Below are positions 37,904-47,424 of a stretch of DNA of 64,000 nucleotides, piece after piece (within the stretch, counting starts at the first letter, position 1; each line of letters starts with the position of its first letter). The DNA comes from Candidatus Aenigmatarchaeota archaeon (lineage in GTDB: Archaea; Aenigmatarchaeota; Aenigmatarchaeia; CG10238-14; SCSR01): positions 169,392 to 233,391 of the forward strand of contig JACPJT010000004.1 in NCBI GenBank assembly GCA_016187415.1, read 5' to 3'. The position numbers were made by a program, and so were the translations under genes. The notes under the pieces were generated by a model, which made no database searches, was not told where the DNA came from, and saw only the letters and a list, made by a program, of their open reading frames with translations.

Positions 37904-38047
37904 ATGGCTGAAGACCAAGACGATGAAAAAGAATCTGCTGGAAAATATACGAGACTTGTTTTTGAGTGCGCAGTATGCAAAAAGGTTTACAAGAAGCCCG
38001 GCGTTTGTAAAATCTGTGACACTATACTAAAACCTTCGGGTGGTTAG
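37904..38047 (+). CDS. Small heavy-metal/zinc-binding protein (47 aa, below the ORF cutoff)
   Basis: FECAVC...KKPGVCKICDTILKP; sits between trx and trxB and overlaps the trxB start. Confidence 0.7.
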   Translation: MAEDQDDEKESAGKYTRLVFECAVCKKVYKKPGVCKICDTILKPSGG

Positions 38048-39056
38048 CTTCTCTGAAGAAAATATCTACGATGTGATTATAGTTGGCGGCGCTGCTGCTG
38101 CTTTGACAGCTGCGATTTATGCCGCCAGAAGAGCGATGAAAACTCTTGTCATTGCCAAAAGCATCGGTGGCCAGGCGACTATGACGGATTCTATCGAGAA
38201 TTATCCGGGCTTCCTGAGAATCGGTGGAGTGCCGCTGATGAATAAAATGCTGAAGCAGGCGATGAAATCTGGCGCTGAAGTTTTTTATGAAGAGGTCAAC
38301 GGTGTAGAGGAAATACAGAAGGGTAATGTGGACAAACCGTTGTTTCTTGTCAAGACGACTGCCGGCAACAAGTACAAATCAAAATCAGTTATACTCGCAT
38401 ATGGCAAGACCCCGAGAACTTTGGATGTTCCTGGTGAAGGTGAATTTGGCGCGAAGGGCGTGTCTTATTGCGCAACTTGCGACATGCCGCTTTATGCCGG
38501 CAAGAATGTCGCAGTGGTTGGCGGCGGCAATTCTGCATTGGAGGCCGCCGAATACGGAAGCAAAATTTGCAAAAAGGTTTACCTAGTCCACAGAAGAGAT
38601 CAGTTCAGGGGATTCGAGTCTCTTGTCGAAGAAGTAAAAAAAAGGAAGAACATTGAAATTCTTTATAACAGCGCTGTGAAGGAAATCAAAGGCGACGGCA
38701 CCGTACATTCTGTAGTAATACAGGATGTGGTGACAAACAAAACCAGAGAAATCCCGGTCAATGGCGTGTTTGTTGAAATCGGGTCTGTTACTAAAACCGA
38801 ATTTGTAAAGAATCTGGTGAAATTGGATCAATTGGGTCAGATAATTGTAACAAACAATGGCAACGCATATTATCCAGGCAGAGATGATATAAGACCGGGT
38901 GTATTTGCCGCCGGGGATTTGACGCAGACGCCGTTCAAGCAATTGGTCGTTTCAGCCGGTGAAGGATGCAAGGCTGCGCTGCAGACATACAACTATCTTT
39001 CAGGGCAACAGGCTACATTCGTAGCTGACTGGGTGTCAAAGAAGAAGAAGTCTTAA
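38040..39056 (+). CDS. trxB: Thioredoxin reductase
   Basis: GGAAAALTAAIY, GVSYCATCD, GGGNSA, HRRDQFR, FAAGD. Confidence 0.9.
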   Translation: MVSFSEENIYDVIIVGGAAAALTAAIYAARRAMKTLVIAKSIGGQATMTDSIENYPGFLRIGGVPLMNKMLKQAMKSGAEVFYEEVNGVEEIQKGNVDKPLFLVKTTAGNKYKSKSVILAYGKTPRTLDVPGEGEFGAKGVSYCATCDMPLYAGKNVAVVGGGNSALEAAEYGSKICKKVYLVHRRDQFRGFESLVEEVKKRKNIEILYNSAVKEIKGDGTVHSVVIQDVVTNKTREIPVNGVFVEIGSVTKTEFVKNLVKLDQLGQIIVTNNGNAYYPGRDDIRPGVFAAGDLTQTPFKQLVVSAGEGCKAALQTYNYLSGQQATFVADWVSKKKKS

Positions 39057-39756
39057 CATATTTTTCAATACCAAGTCTCTTGGCAATCGCATCCGTAAGA
39101 ACAGCATAATACTTGGTTGGGTTTTCAATGACGCCCCATTGTTTTTTGTAAGCTTCATCACCGACCTCAAGATCGTAATACTTGCTATGCTTGCTTATGG
39201 CGTCTTCAATGTCCTTTTTCAGAAGAAAAGTAGGCACCGATAGATTCTTGTATTTTCTATCCCACCAACATCCAAAATAATATATCGTATCTTTGTCGCG
39301 CATTGCAATATGAACTGCTATCAATTTTCCGTCAAGGTATGCGCTTATTGTGCAGCATTTCTGTTTCCACAATTCCAGTCTTCTCGCAAAATCCTTTTTA
39401 TTTTCTTTCCATTGCTTTAGAAACCATTTCTTGCTTTTATCCAGAGCATCCTTTTCATTGTATACAAGTTTTACATCGGCGTTCTTCTTTTCAATCCGCC
39501 TCAAATCTTTCCTCAGGTCATTATCAATCTTCAATTTGTCGAAACTGTCTGGCAGCTTGATTATGTTTGTGTGATCGCTTTTATCCTTTGTCTCGAACCC
39601 TACAGGGCAGTCCGGATGTATCTCTGTCAGGATGAAGGGCGTTGGCAGATTTTTCAAATCCTTTTCTTCAAGCCAGGCATACGGAAGGAACGGCAGATCG
39701 CGCCAAGTCCAATAGAACCATGTTGTTCCGGGTATCTTGATTTTTATGAATTCCAT
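39013..39756 (-). CDS. GNAT-family (Acetyltransf_6/FemAB-like) protein
   Basis: SAYLDGKLIAVH...YYFG..WD..YKNLS..TFL...YYDL..GDEAYKKQWG. Confidence 0.7.
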   Translation of the reverse strand: MEFIKIKIPGTTWFYWTWRDLPFLPYAWLEEKDLKNLPTPFILTEIHPDCPVGFETKDKSDHTNIIKLPDSFDKLKIDNDLRKDLRRIEKKNADVKLVYNEKDALDKSKKWFLKQWKENKKDFARRLELWKQKCCTISAYLDGKLIAVHIAMRDKDTIYYFGCWWDRKYKNLSVPTFLLKKDIEDAISKHSKYYDLEVGDEAYKKQWGVIENPTKYYAVLTDAIAKRLGIEKYVKTSSSLTPSQLRM

Positions 39757-40197
39757 CTAATGTTCCCCAAGCCTGTGCCAGTCCCAGTAAACGATAAGCT
39801 CGTGGCTTCGCCAGTTGCCGCCTATGCTTTCCAGATATTCTTTTTCTTTCTGCGTGGCAACCACATGTGCTTCCGTATCAAGCCGCAATCCGAATTTTTC
39901 CGCAAGAAACTTTTCTATCACCTCGTGAACGCACAATGCTTTGAATGATTTTTTCCTGTCTCTTTCGCCTATTTTGTTGTCGATGAAAACTTCCTTTCTC
40001 CGTCTGCTCCACTCTGCAACATGGTCTTCTTTTTTCATTACAACCTTGTCAGAGATTTTATGACCGAAAAACTGCAAGGAAACTCTGCTGTCAAACACTC
40101 TTGCATTCCTAATAGGCACTCTCATCAGAATCTTGACAAAGGCGTGACGAAGTGCTTCCTCTCGCATGTCGGAGTTGTTTCGTTTGCGTTTCGGCAT
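39757..40197 (-). CDS. Hypothetical protein with HExxE motif
   Basis: LCVHEVIE...AHVVAT, resembles a metal-binding site. Confidence 0.55.
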   Translation of the reverse strand: MPKRKRNNSDMREEALRHAFVKILMRVPIRNARVFDSRVSLQFFGHKISDKVVMKKEDHVAEWSRRRKEVFIDNKIGERDRKKSFKALCVHEVIEKFLAEKFGLRLDTEAHVVATQKEKEYLESIGGNWRSHELIVYWDWHRLGEH

Positions 40198-40206
40198 AAC
40201 TATAAT

Positions 40207-41349
40207 TCATTTTCTGATTTTTAATTTGCCTTTCCACTTCTCTGCCGTCTGGATTCTCTTCAGCGTGACTGGGTGCGTGAAAAACCAGAATTCTACCATG
40301 GGATTTACTGTCAGCTGCGACAGGCTGTAATCCGCCAGTCTTTTTTCTGTGGAAATTTGGGCGACGGGCTTTTTAACATGAACCAGTGCGAATTTGTCCG
40401 CTTCTGACTCCCTCCATCGCGAATGCATATTTAAAATTGGCATCAAAAAGAATTCGATTGTCCCGTAGACCAGTCCTATCAGTGGCAATGAAGCCAGACT
40501 AGATATGCTGGATATTCCGAACATCGGTGAAAGCATTCTAACCAAATAATCGACTACATACAAAGTGGGAAAAACCAGAACGGCGTCCAATACCAATCCC
40601 CTCAAGACATCTTTGCTGGCATAGTGACCAAGTTCGTGTCCTACGACCGTCTCCACCTCGTCCTTCGTGAAACTGTCCAAAAGCGTGTCAAACAATCCTA
40701 TGCTTTTAGAACCGCCAAACCCCATGAAAATCGCATTCGGCCTTACGGATTTTTCACTTTCTTTTATGACCACGATTTTGCGTACACCAGTCACGCCGAG
40801 TGTTCTGCATAATTTTAGAATCTTTTCCTTCATTGATGTGTCCTTGTAGGGTTCTGTCTTCCACATGAAAGGAACTATGACAAAAGGATAGACGTAATTG
40901 AGGAATGCCCAGAAGATTATGTAAAATATCGAAGCGTATATCCACCATTGGCTAAAGGCGCCGATTGTGAAATAAAGAAGGGTTATCATGATCAGCGAAA
41001 TGATGTAGGATATCAGGCTTCCTTTTAAAAGGTCTGCAAGCCATCCTGAAAGGCTGTAACGCGAAATGTTGTACCTGCGGTCGTGGATGTATGTTGAATA
41101 AAACGCCAGCGGCAGGCCCGTTAACGTGAATATTAAAAGCATGGTCAGGCCGTAGATTTGTGTTTGGAGCGGCAGACCTATTATCAGGCTTTTGATTGTC
41201 AGATGAAGACCGCTTACCAGTATGGCTGTCCCTGTGAATAGTGAAATTAGAAATCCCAAAAGGTAGAATATCAGCTTGTCTTTCCTGTACTCTTTTGCGA
41301 TTTTTCTTTTCTGCGGGTCAAATTCATATGGGTATTTGATTTTTGGCAT
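40207..41349 (-). CDS. M48-family (Ste24/HtpX-like) membrane zinc protease
   Basis: PNA.FMGFG, HELGH, ESEADKF, THP. Confidence 0.9.
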   Translation of the reverse strand: MPKIKYPYEFDPQKRKIAKEYRKDKLIFYLLGFLISLFTGTAILVSGLHLTIKSLIIGLPLQTQIYGLTMLLIFTLTGLPLAFYSTYIHDRRYNISRYSLSGWLADLLKGSLISYIISLIMITLLYFTIGAFSQWWIYASIFYIIFWAFLNYVYPFVIVPFMWKTEPYKDTSMKEKILKLCRTLGVTGVRKIVVIKESEKSVRPNAIFMGFGGSKSIGLFDTLLDSFTKDEVETVVGHELGHYASKDVLRGLVLDAVLVFPTLYVVDYLVRMLSPMFGISSISSLASLPLIGLVYGTIEFFLMPILNMHSRWRESEADKFALVHVKKPVAQISTEKRLADYSLSQLTVNPMVEFWFFTHPVTLKRIQTAEKWKGKLKIRK

Positions 41350-41405
41350 GACATCATCTCTTTTAAAAATTAAATAGTGAAGTTCACGTAAATATAATAG
41401 TAACC

Positions 41406-42548
41406 ATGGAACTTGAAAATTTCGCTGATGAGTTCGGTCCGGAATATGTGATTGAAGTTTATGATAAGAAAGTTGGGTTGAAGGGTGTACTGGTTATAGA
41501 CAATACTAATCTTGGTCCGGGTAAAGGCGGCATCAGGATGACCCCTACTGTTGATGTCACTGAAGTTTTCAGGTTAGCCAGAACTATGACATGGAAGAAT
41601 GCCCTTGCTGGACTTCCATTTGGCGGTGCGAAAGCCGGGATTAAAGCATCGCCTGAGGATATTAAAAATAAGGAACGAAAGAAAGCGTTGATACAAGCGT
41701 TTTCCAAAGCGCTGAAGCCGGTTGTTCCGAAGCTGTATATAGCCGGACCTGATATCAATACCGGTGAAGAGGAGATGAAATGGTTCTTTGAAGCCAATGG
41801 TAATTGGAGGGCGTGCACAGGCAAACCCGCTAATGTCTGTATGAAGTTGTTCGGCAAAGGGGGTGAGAAGTGTGGTATACCGCATGAATACGGCTCTACA
41901 GGATTCGGTGTTGCACATGCTACAGTTGCGGCTGCAAATCATATTGGTTTGGATATTAACGGTGCTGCAGTTGCTATAGAAGGATTCGGCAATGTGGGCA
42001 CATTCGCATCGAAGCACTTGTCGGATTTCGGGGCTAAGATAATTGCTGTGAGTGACAGTAAAGGCGTTATTTACAATGAAGATGGTTTGGACACCAAAAA
42101 ATTATACAATATTAAGCAGAGGACAGGAAGCGTGGTGAATTACAAGCCTGGGAAAGTTTTGCCGAACAAGGAGATATTCGAACTGCCTGTTGACATTTTG
42201 ATTCCGGGCGCATTGCCAGATGTTATAACAAAAGACAATTTTGACAAGGTCAAAGCAAAGATTGTGGTTGAAGCCGCAAACATCCCGACAACTCCTGAAC
42301 TGGAGGAGATTATGCACAAGAAGGGAATTTTAGTTGTGCCGGATTTTGTTGCGAATGCCGGCGGCGTCATATCATCTTATGCCGAGTATCGCGGATATAA
42401 TCCAAAGAAGATGTTTGAACTCGTTGAACAGAAAATAAAAAGGAATGTGAAGATTGTTTTGGAGAGGGCTGAGAAAGAGAATGTAAAACCGCGTGATGCT
42501 GCGTTGAAGATCGCAAAAGAAAGAGTTGGCAAAAAATTGAAACATTAA
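41406..42548 (+). CDS. gdhA: Glu/Leu/Phe/Val (glutamate) dehydrogenase
   Basis: GPGKGGIR, GGAKAG, GPDINTG, EGFGNVG, EAAN, PDFVANAGGV. Confidence 0.92.
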   Translation: MELENFADEFGPEYVIEVYDKKVGLKGVLVIDNTNLGPGKGGIRMTPTVDVTEVFRLARTMTWKNALAGLPFGGAKAGIKASPEDIKNKERKKALIQAFSKALKPVVPKLYIAGPDINTGEEEMKWFFEANGNWRACTGKPANVCMKLFGKGGEKCGIPHEYGSTGFGVAHATVAAANHIGLDINGAAVAIEGFGNVGTFASKHLSDFGAKIIAVSDSKGVIYNEDGLDTKKLYNIKQRTGSVVNYKPGKVLPNKEIFELPVDILIPGALPDVITKDNFDKVKAKIVVEAANIPTTPELEEIMHKKGILVVPDFVANAGGVISSYAEYRGYNPKKMFELVEQKIKRNVKIVLERAEKENVKPRDAALKIAKERVGKKLKH

Positions 42549-43178
42549 TTAGAATTCATCACGCGCCTTTAAGCGAGCTAACAGAAATCTGTTTCTAGCG
42601 CCAGCTGATTTACTTCTTCTAGAACCTTTATGAACTATATGAGACACGTTGAGATCTGGAGTTTGGTTCCATACTGGATAATTTGATCTGGCTGGTGTTG
42701 TATCAAGCGGGCTTCTACCATCATAGAAATTTGCCAACATGCCTAAGGCGCGCAGTAACAATCTTGTACCTTTGCCGTGGCTAGACCCGGATAAAACCAT
42801 TACTCTACCTCCTTCTATATGAGAGGGTTTCATTAACATGCTACCGACTTCCCTGTTCTCATCGTCATATAATTTCAAATTTAAGGATGCATCAACCTGT
42901 CCATATCTATTATCCCCTCTTCGTATAAAACGTCCCTTTACTACGCCTATATCCGATATACCTAAACCGCCATAAACAGTTGTGATCTCGGATGATCCGT
43001 ATCTTGTCGTTGTGCAGTCTAGGAATCTTCTAGCTGAACCGATCATATTAGCTATTCTTACAGACTCTAATGATGCCAAATCCGTCCTGTCTACATACAA
43101 ATCTTTATAACCGGGCACTTTGACTAGATCCGGATTTACATAATCGTTTTGATATATTACCATAACTCTATGAGACAC
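42549..43178 (-). CDS. Hypothetical protein
   Basis: ORF only; no recognised motif. Confidence 0.55.
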   Translation of the reverse strand: MSHRVMVIYQNDYVNPDLVKVPGYKDLYVDRTDLASLESVRIANMIGSARRFLDCTTTRYGSSEITTVYGGLGISDIGVVKGRFIRRGDNRYGQVDASLNLKLYDDENREVGSMLMKPSHIEGGRVMVLSGSSHGKGTRLLLRALGMLANFYDGRSPLDTTPARSNYPVWNQTPDLNVSHIVHKGSRRSKSAGARNRFLLARLKARDEF

Positions 43179-43205
43179 ATATACATTTTTATGCCTTTCT
43201 CACGT

Positions 43206-43829
43206 CTAACTCAGGACGCATCTCACGTCTACAATCTTAGCTTCTTTTTCACTAGATATTAATGGGTTTATGTCCAGCTCTTCCATGTTCCTGTATTTCT
43301 GAGGCAACCTAGATATTTTGATCAGAATTTGTTTCAACAGTTTGACATTAATTGGTTTCTGCCCGCGTGTACCTGTAACAAGCCACTGGTTCTTCAAGTC
43401 TGACAGCATGCCTTCTGCATCATTTTCGTCTATGGGGCATACTCTAAATGTAACATCTTTCATCGCTTCCACCAGAATGCCACCAGCGCCAAACATGATG
43501 ACATGGCCGAATGTGGGGTCTTTCTTGATGCCTATGATAAATTCCCTTCCCTTGACATATTCTTGGACTATAATCCCTGTCAATTTCATTTTCTTTGATT
43601 TTACTGTTTTCATGAAGCCGTTTAGAGATTCCTGCGCCTCATGCAAATTGTTCACAACCTTTACGCCGCCTATTTCGGTTTTATGTATGGCCTGAGGCGA
43701 TACAAGTTTCATAACAGCAGGATATTTTTTGATTTTTAACAGTTCCTTGATGTCTTTGACCAGAAAACTTTTGGCAAGCTGCAATCCTTTTAGGAATTTC
43801 TCAGCGTCCTTGCCCAAGAGAACTTTCAT
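43206..43829 (-). CDS. acdB: ADP-forming acetyl-CoA synthetase beta subunit (ATP-grasp)
   Basis: HKTEIGGV, DPTFGHVIMFGAGG..VE..KDV, ELDINPL. Confidence 0.88.
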   Translation of the reverse strand: MKVLLGKDAEKFLKGLQLAKSFLVKDIKELLKIKKYPAVMKLVSPQAIHKTEIGGVKVVNNLHEAQESLNGFMKTVKSKKMKLTGIIVQEYVKGREFIIGIKKDPTFGHVIMFGAGGILVEAMKDVTFRVCPIDENDAEGMLSDLKNQWLVTGTRGQKPINVKLLKQILIKISRLPQKYRNMEELDINPLISSEKEAKIVDVRCVLS

Positions 43830-43947
43830 ATAGATGATTTGATTTTCAATTGCTTATTCTTTAGTGTTTTAGTGATAGAACCTGTTGTAACAGTATGCCT
43901 TTCAAATTATCTCAAGCTTATAAAATTTAATGTTCATTTAAAAATGA

Positions 43948-45735
43948 ATGTCAGAAACTGTTCGGTTTAAACAAAAGAGATGGGACTTATCAGATGTACT
44001 TCCTACAAGTTCTGGTCCAGAGTTTGATGCTACTCTAAAAGAACTCTATAGCGACGTAGACCAATTTGAATTGTTAAGAGAAAAACTAAACTCGTTTTCA
44101 AAAGATGATATGGTGAAAGCTTTACAACTTTATGAAAGGATAGAAAGGTTGACATCTAGACCAGTATGTTATGCGTCACTGAGACTTTCCGAAGATACGC
44201 AAGCGCAAGAGTCTAGAGTGCTTGAGAACAAGATGGGAGAACTGAAAAGTGATGTGACAAATAAAATGTTATTTTTCAGGCTGTGGTGGATGTCCCTTGA
44301 TGAAAGTCGCGCTCAGGAACTAATGCCAGAGAATGGAGATTGGAAACGCTTTCTTACCCAACTAAGGAAGGATAAGCCTTATATGCTTGACGAAAATGTG
44401 GAACAAGCTATTGCAATAAAGGATGGGACTGGTATGTCTGCATGGACTAATTTTTATAGCCAGCTCACAAATAAGTTCACGTATGTTGTCAGAGTTGATG
44501 GGCAAACTTTAAAAGACGAAGGGGGCAGTAGAACAAGAAGGTTTACGCGCGGTGATTTAATAAGCCTCATAATGGGTGTAGATCCAAAAGAAAGAGAAGC
44601 GGCATATCGGTCACTCTTGAGGACATATGCTGAGCATGGAGATGAGTTGGGTGAGATTTACAGAACTATTGTGAGAGATTGGAGAAACGAACATATAAAT
44701 CTCAGACATCATAAATCTCCGATAGCAGTAATGAATGTAGTAAATGACATTCCTGATGAAGCAATAGATGCTCTTCTCTCAGTTTGCAGAGAAAATACCA
44801 GTGTTTTTCAAGACTTCTTTAGGAAAAAGGCTGGACTTTTGGGTATGAGTAAGATGTCGCGCTATCATATTTATGCACCACTCCAACCGAAAGACAGGAC
44901 AATACCGTACTCTGATGCTGTAGAATTTGTATTAGATGCTTTTGATTCATTTGACAGAGGGTTTGGAAAATTGGCGAGAAGGGTTTTTGAACAGGACCAT
45001 GTTGACGCTGAAATAAGGCAAGGTAAAGAATTCGGGGCGTTCTGCAGTAATGTTGCACCTGATATAGTGCCTTATTTGCAACTTAACTATGCAGGAAAAA
45101 CGCTGGATGTGGTTACAATTGGGCACGAGAGTGGTCATGCTGTTCATACACAAATGGCTTCCAGACATTCTCCGTTGACATATCTCCCCTCAATTCCAAT
45201 GGCAGAGACGGCATCTGTCTTTGGTGAGATGTTACTATTCGATAGGATGGTAGAACAAGAAAGGGATCCTCAGGTGAAAAGAGACTTGTTAGTCGCGGAA
45301 CTCGGTAACCTGTATGGTACAATACAGAGACAAGCATACTTCACGCTTTTTGAGATAGACGCACATGATTCAATTGGTAAACATGCAACAGTAGATAAGC
45401 TATGTGAACTTTGGTCTTCAAACTTAAAAGAACAATTTGGGAGTGCCGTAACAGTGCCTCGTGAATTTGAATGGGAATGGACAACCATACCCCATATCTA
45501 TGGCGCGCCATTTTATTGTTACTCATATCCATTCGGTACTCTCTTAACCCTTGCACTATACGACCAATACAGGAATGAAGGCAGGTCATTCGTACCAAAA
45601 TACTTAGAAATATTGTCAGCAGGCGGTTCAGAGAGTCCGGCAAGAACATTAGGCAGGGTTGGAATAGATATTAAAGATCCTAGATTCTGGCAGAATGGCT
45701 TCAATGTGATAAGGGATATGGTCCACAAACTTTAG
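43948..45735 (+). CDS. pepF: M3-family oligoendopeptidase F
   Basis: WDLSD, HESGHAVH, AETAS, HIY..PFYCYSY. Confidence 0.9.
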   Translation: MSETVRFKQKRWDLSDVLPTSSGPEFDATLKELYSDVDQFELLREKLNSFSKDDMVKALQLYERIERLTSRPVCYASLRLSEDTQAQESRVLENKMGELKSDVTNKMLFFRLWWMSLDESRAQELMPENGDWKRFLTQLRKDKPYMLDENVEQAIAIKDGTGMSAWTNFYSQLTNKFTYVVRVDGQTLKDEGGSRTRRFTRGDLISLIMGVDPKEREAAYRSLLRTYAEHGDELGEIYRTIVRDWRNEHINLRHHKSPIAVMNVVNDIPDEAIDALLSVCRENTSVFQDFFRKKAGLLGMSKMSRYHIYAPLQPKDRTIPYSDAVEFVLDAFDSFDRGFGKLARRVFEQDHVDAEIRQGKEFGAFCSNVAPDIVPYLQLNYAGKTLDVVTIGHESGHAVHTQMASRHSPLTYLPSIPMAETASVFGEMLLFDRMVEQERDPQVKRDLLVAELGNLYGTIQRQAYFTLFEIDAHDSIGKHATVDKLCELWSSNLKEQFGSAVTVPREFEWEWTTIPHIYGAPFYCYSYPFGTLLTLALYDQYRNEGRSFVPKYLEILSAGGSESPARTLGRVGIDIKDPRFWQNGFNVIRDMVHKL

Positions 45736-45926
45736 ATAGTATACGTCTTTTTTTCAAGTCCTTATCAAACTCCACTGGATAATCTTCTGAAATCTTTTAA
45801 TGCGACTAAAATCTGATGTGAATATTGCCCAATATCTTGGCAGAAATAGTATACCATCTTATAGGGATGCACCCAAACCTTGATACCAAAGTTTCTAATA
45901 ATGTGCCTTATCACAACCTTTGATTT

Positions 45927-46211
45927 TTATAAGAGTTTATAAAATCCTTCGTTTTTGAGTCTTTCGCTGAGGGATTTACCCTTTCCGGTCGATCTGAAAT
46001 AATAGGCTTTTCTTCCTTCATGCGAAGCCACTTCTATTAATCCAGCCGAGGCTAAAAGGTATACCTCAAGAGGGTACTTTGTATCCCACATATATTCTCC
46101 ATTGACTATTGCTCGTAGCGTACGCTTTGTTTGTGTTACAAAATTATCGTTTGACGCTATGCCTTTTGCTAGAGAATCTAAAAGCTCTTCCTGCGCATTC
46201 ATGTTTGACAC
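45927..46211 (-). CDS. Small hypothetical protein, possible winged helix
   Basis: C-terminal GLIE...YYFRSTGKG wing-like pattern. Confidence 0.5.
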   Translation of the reverse strand: MSNMNAQEELLDSLAKGIASNDNFVTQTKRTLRAIVNGEYMWDTKYPLEVYLLASAGLIEVASHEGRKAYYFRSTGKGKSLSERLKNEGFYKLL

Positions 46212-46337
46212 TTCTTTCTAAGGTTTTTATCTCTTTCTAACATCTCCACACCCGATAGTGTTCATAGTACATTTGAAATTTCCATTATGTAGTCCGTGCT
46301 CATCGCCAGGACAGATAGAAATCGTGAATTTAGAAGC

Positions 46338-47102
46338 TTACTTATATTTAATTGGGGCGTCTGCTCCTATACCCAGAACCCCGCCGTCATACCTGCCCAA
46401 CGGCCCGCCCGCAACCGCGCCGAGACCCAGCACGCCAGAGCCCCAGCCGCACCCGACAGTAGATATACCGTTTTCATCGGGATAATTACCAGCCCAGTAG
46501 GAAATTTCCTTAGCATCGGGTCTTTCTTCAAATATATCATCATCGACAGGTATATCCCCTGAAATCGTGGTGAAAAATCCTGTTTTGGTAGGAATCACTA
46601 TATTTTTGGTGCTGTATCCACTAAGCGACCGTCTGTCTCTAGTTATCAATTGACCTGTTCCAGATGCGGATGGGTCTATTGGAAGTGCCAGAGCTTTCAT
46701 AATGGCTGTGTCATTGCTTAATCTTATAAGTTGTCCTGTTCTCGTCCACCAGGGCACCAGCACATTTTGCTTGTATGGCTGACCCTCATTGGAATAAGCC
46801 GCAGCTTTGTTCTCAGCAAATCTGACATGCTTCAGTCGCAAATCATCCGTTGATAATAAATCAAGTATACCGAAATCTTCTTCTGATGTTAATGCATAGA
46901 CTACCATCTCGCGTTTAGTATAGCTTCTACCGTCTGTAGTTCTTATTTCTCTTGAAACTCTTAGCGGATAAGGATGGATTTTAGCAACGGTGCCATTGCC
47001 TAGAGGAACTAGAAGAAACTCCGATTCTTTGGGGCGTATTGCATATTCAACTATCGCTTCTACAACTTGATCAGGTGATATTGTCAACGCCTTGGTTGCC
47101 AT
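46338..47102 (-). CDS. Probable remote DGR target protein with C-terminal VR-like region
   Basis: Tail SYWAGNYPDENGISTVGCGWGSGVLGLGAVAGGPLGRYDGGVLG parallels the target 1 pattern; 46371-46457 has 3 A in 87 nt; same promoter 15-mer and MAT start as target 1. Confidence 0.65.
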   Translation of the reverse strand: MATKALTISPDQVVEAIVEYAIRPKESEFLLVPLGNGTVAKIHPYPLRVSREIRTTDGRSYTKREMVVYALTSEEDFGILDLLSTDDLRLKHVRFAENKAAAYSNEGQPYKQNVLVPWWTRTGQLIRLSNDTAIMKALALPIDPSASGTGQLITRDRRSLSGYSTKNIVIPTKTGFFTTISGDIPVDDDIFEERPDAKEISYWAGNYPDENGISTVGCGWGSGVLGLGAVAGGPLGRYDGGVLGIGADAPIKYK

Positions 47103-47117
47103 GATTAATTAGTAAAC

Positions 47118-47132
47118 AGTAAAGGATTTAAA
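47118..47132 (-). promoter_or_regulatory. TTTAAATCCTTTACT promoter motif, copy 2
   Basis: Identical to 16334-16348, same offset from the ATG. Confidence 0.75.
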
Positions 47133-47136
47133 GAGT

Positions 47137-47385
47137 TCAATCCAGCTCTATTTCCACCCGTTCTTCCGACTTCCTGCCGTTCAACACCAGTGTGAAAATG
47201 ATATACGGCAGATCTGAACCGGTGTCGACCATGGCGTCCAATTTTCCTATATACTTACCGGCATGTTCCAATGACCACGACCCTCTCCCGCATGGCCTGT
47301 AATGAAGTTTATTGCCGTACTGCTTTAGCAGCTCTGCTGTCTTTTGCGCCCTTGGAAGATAAGACTGTACGTCTTCTAGCCCCAT
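47137..47385 (-). CDS. Small hypothetical protein
   Basis: ORF with ATG. Confidence 0.5.
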   Translation of the reverse strand: MGLEDVQSYLPRAQKTAELLKQYGNKLHYRPCGRGSWSLEHAGKYIGKLDAMVDTGSDLPYIIFTLVLNGRKSEERVEIELD

Positions 47386-47424
47386 GAAACAAACAAATAT
47401 CTAAAAGATTTAAATATAATAGTA

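Noticed and set aside
46371-46385. 9-nt match (GGGGTTCTG) between the remote candidate VR and the local TR
   Set aside because: Different reading frame and the flanks disagree at non-A positions; probably chance, so the local TR is not called as its template.
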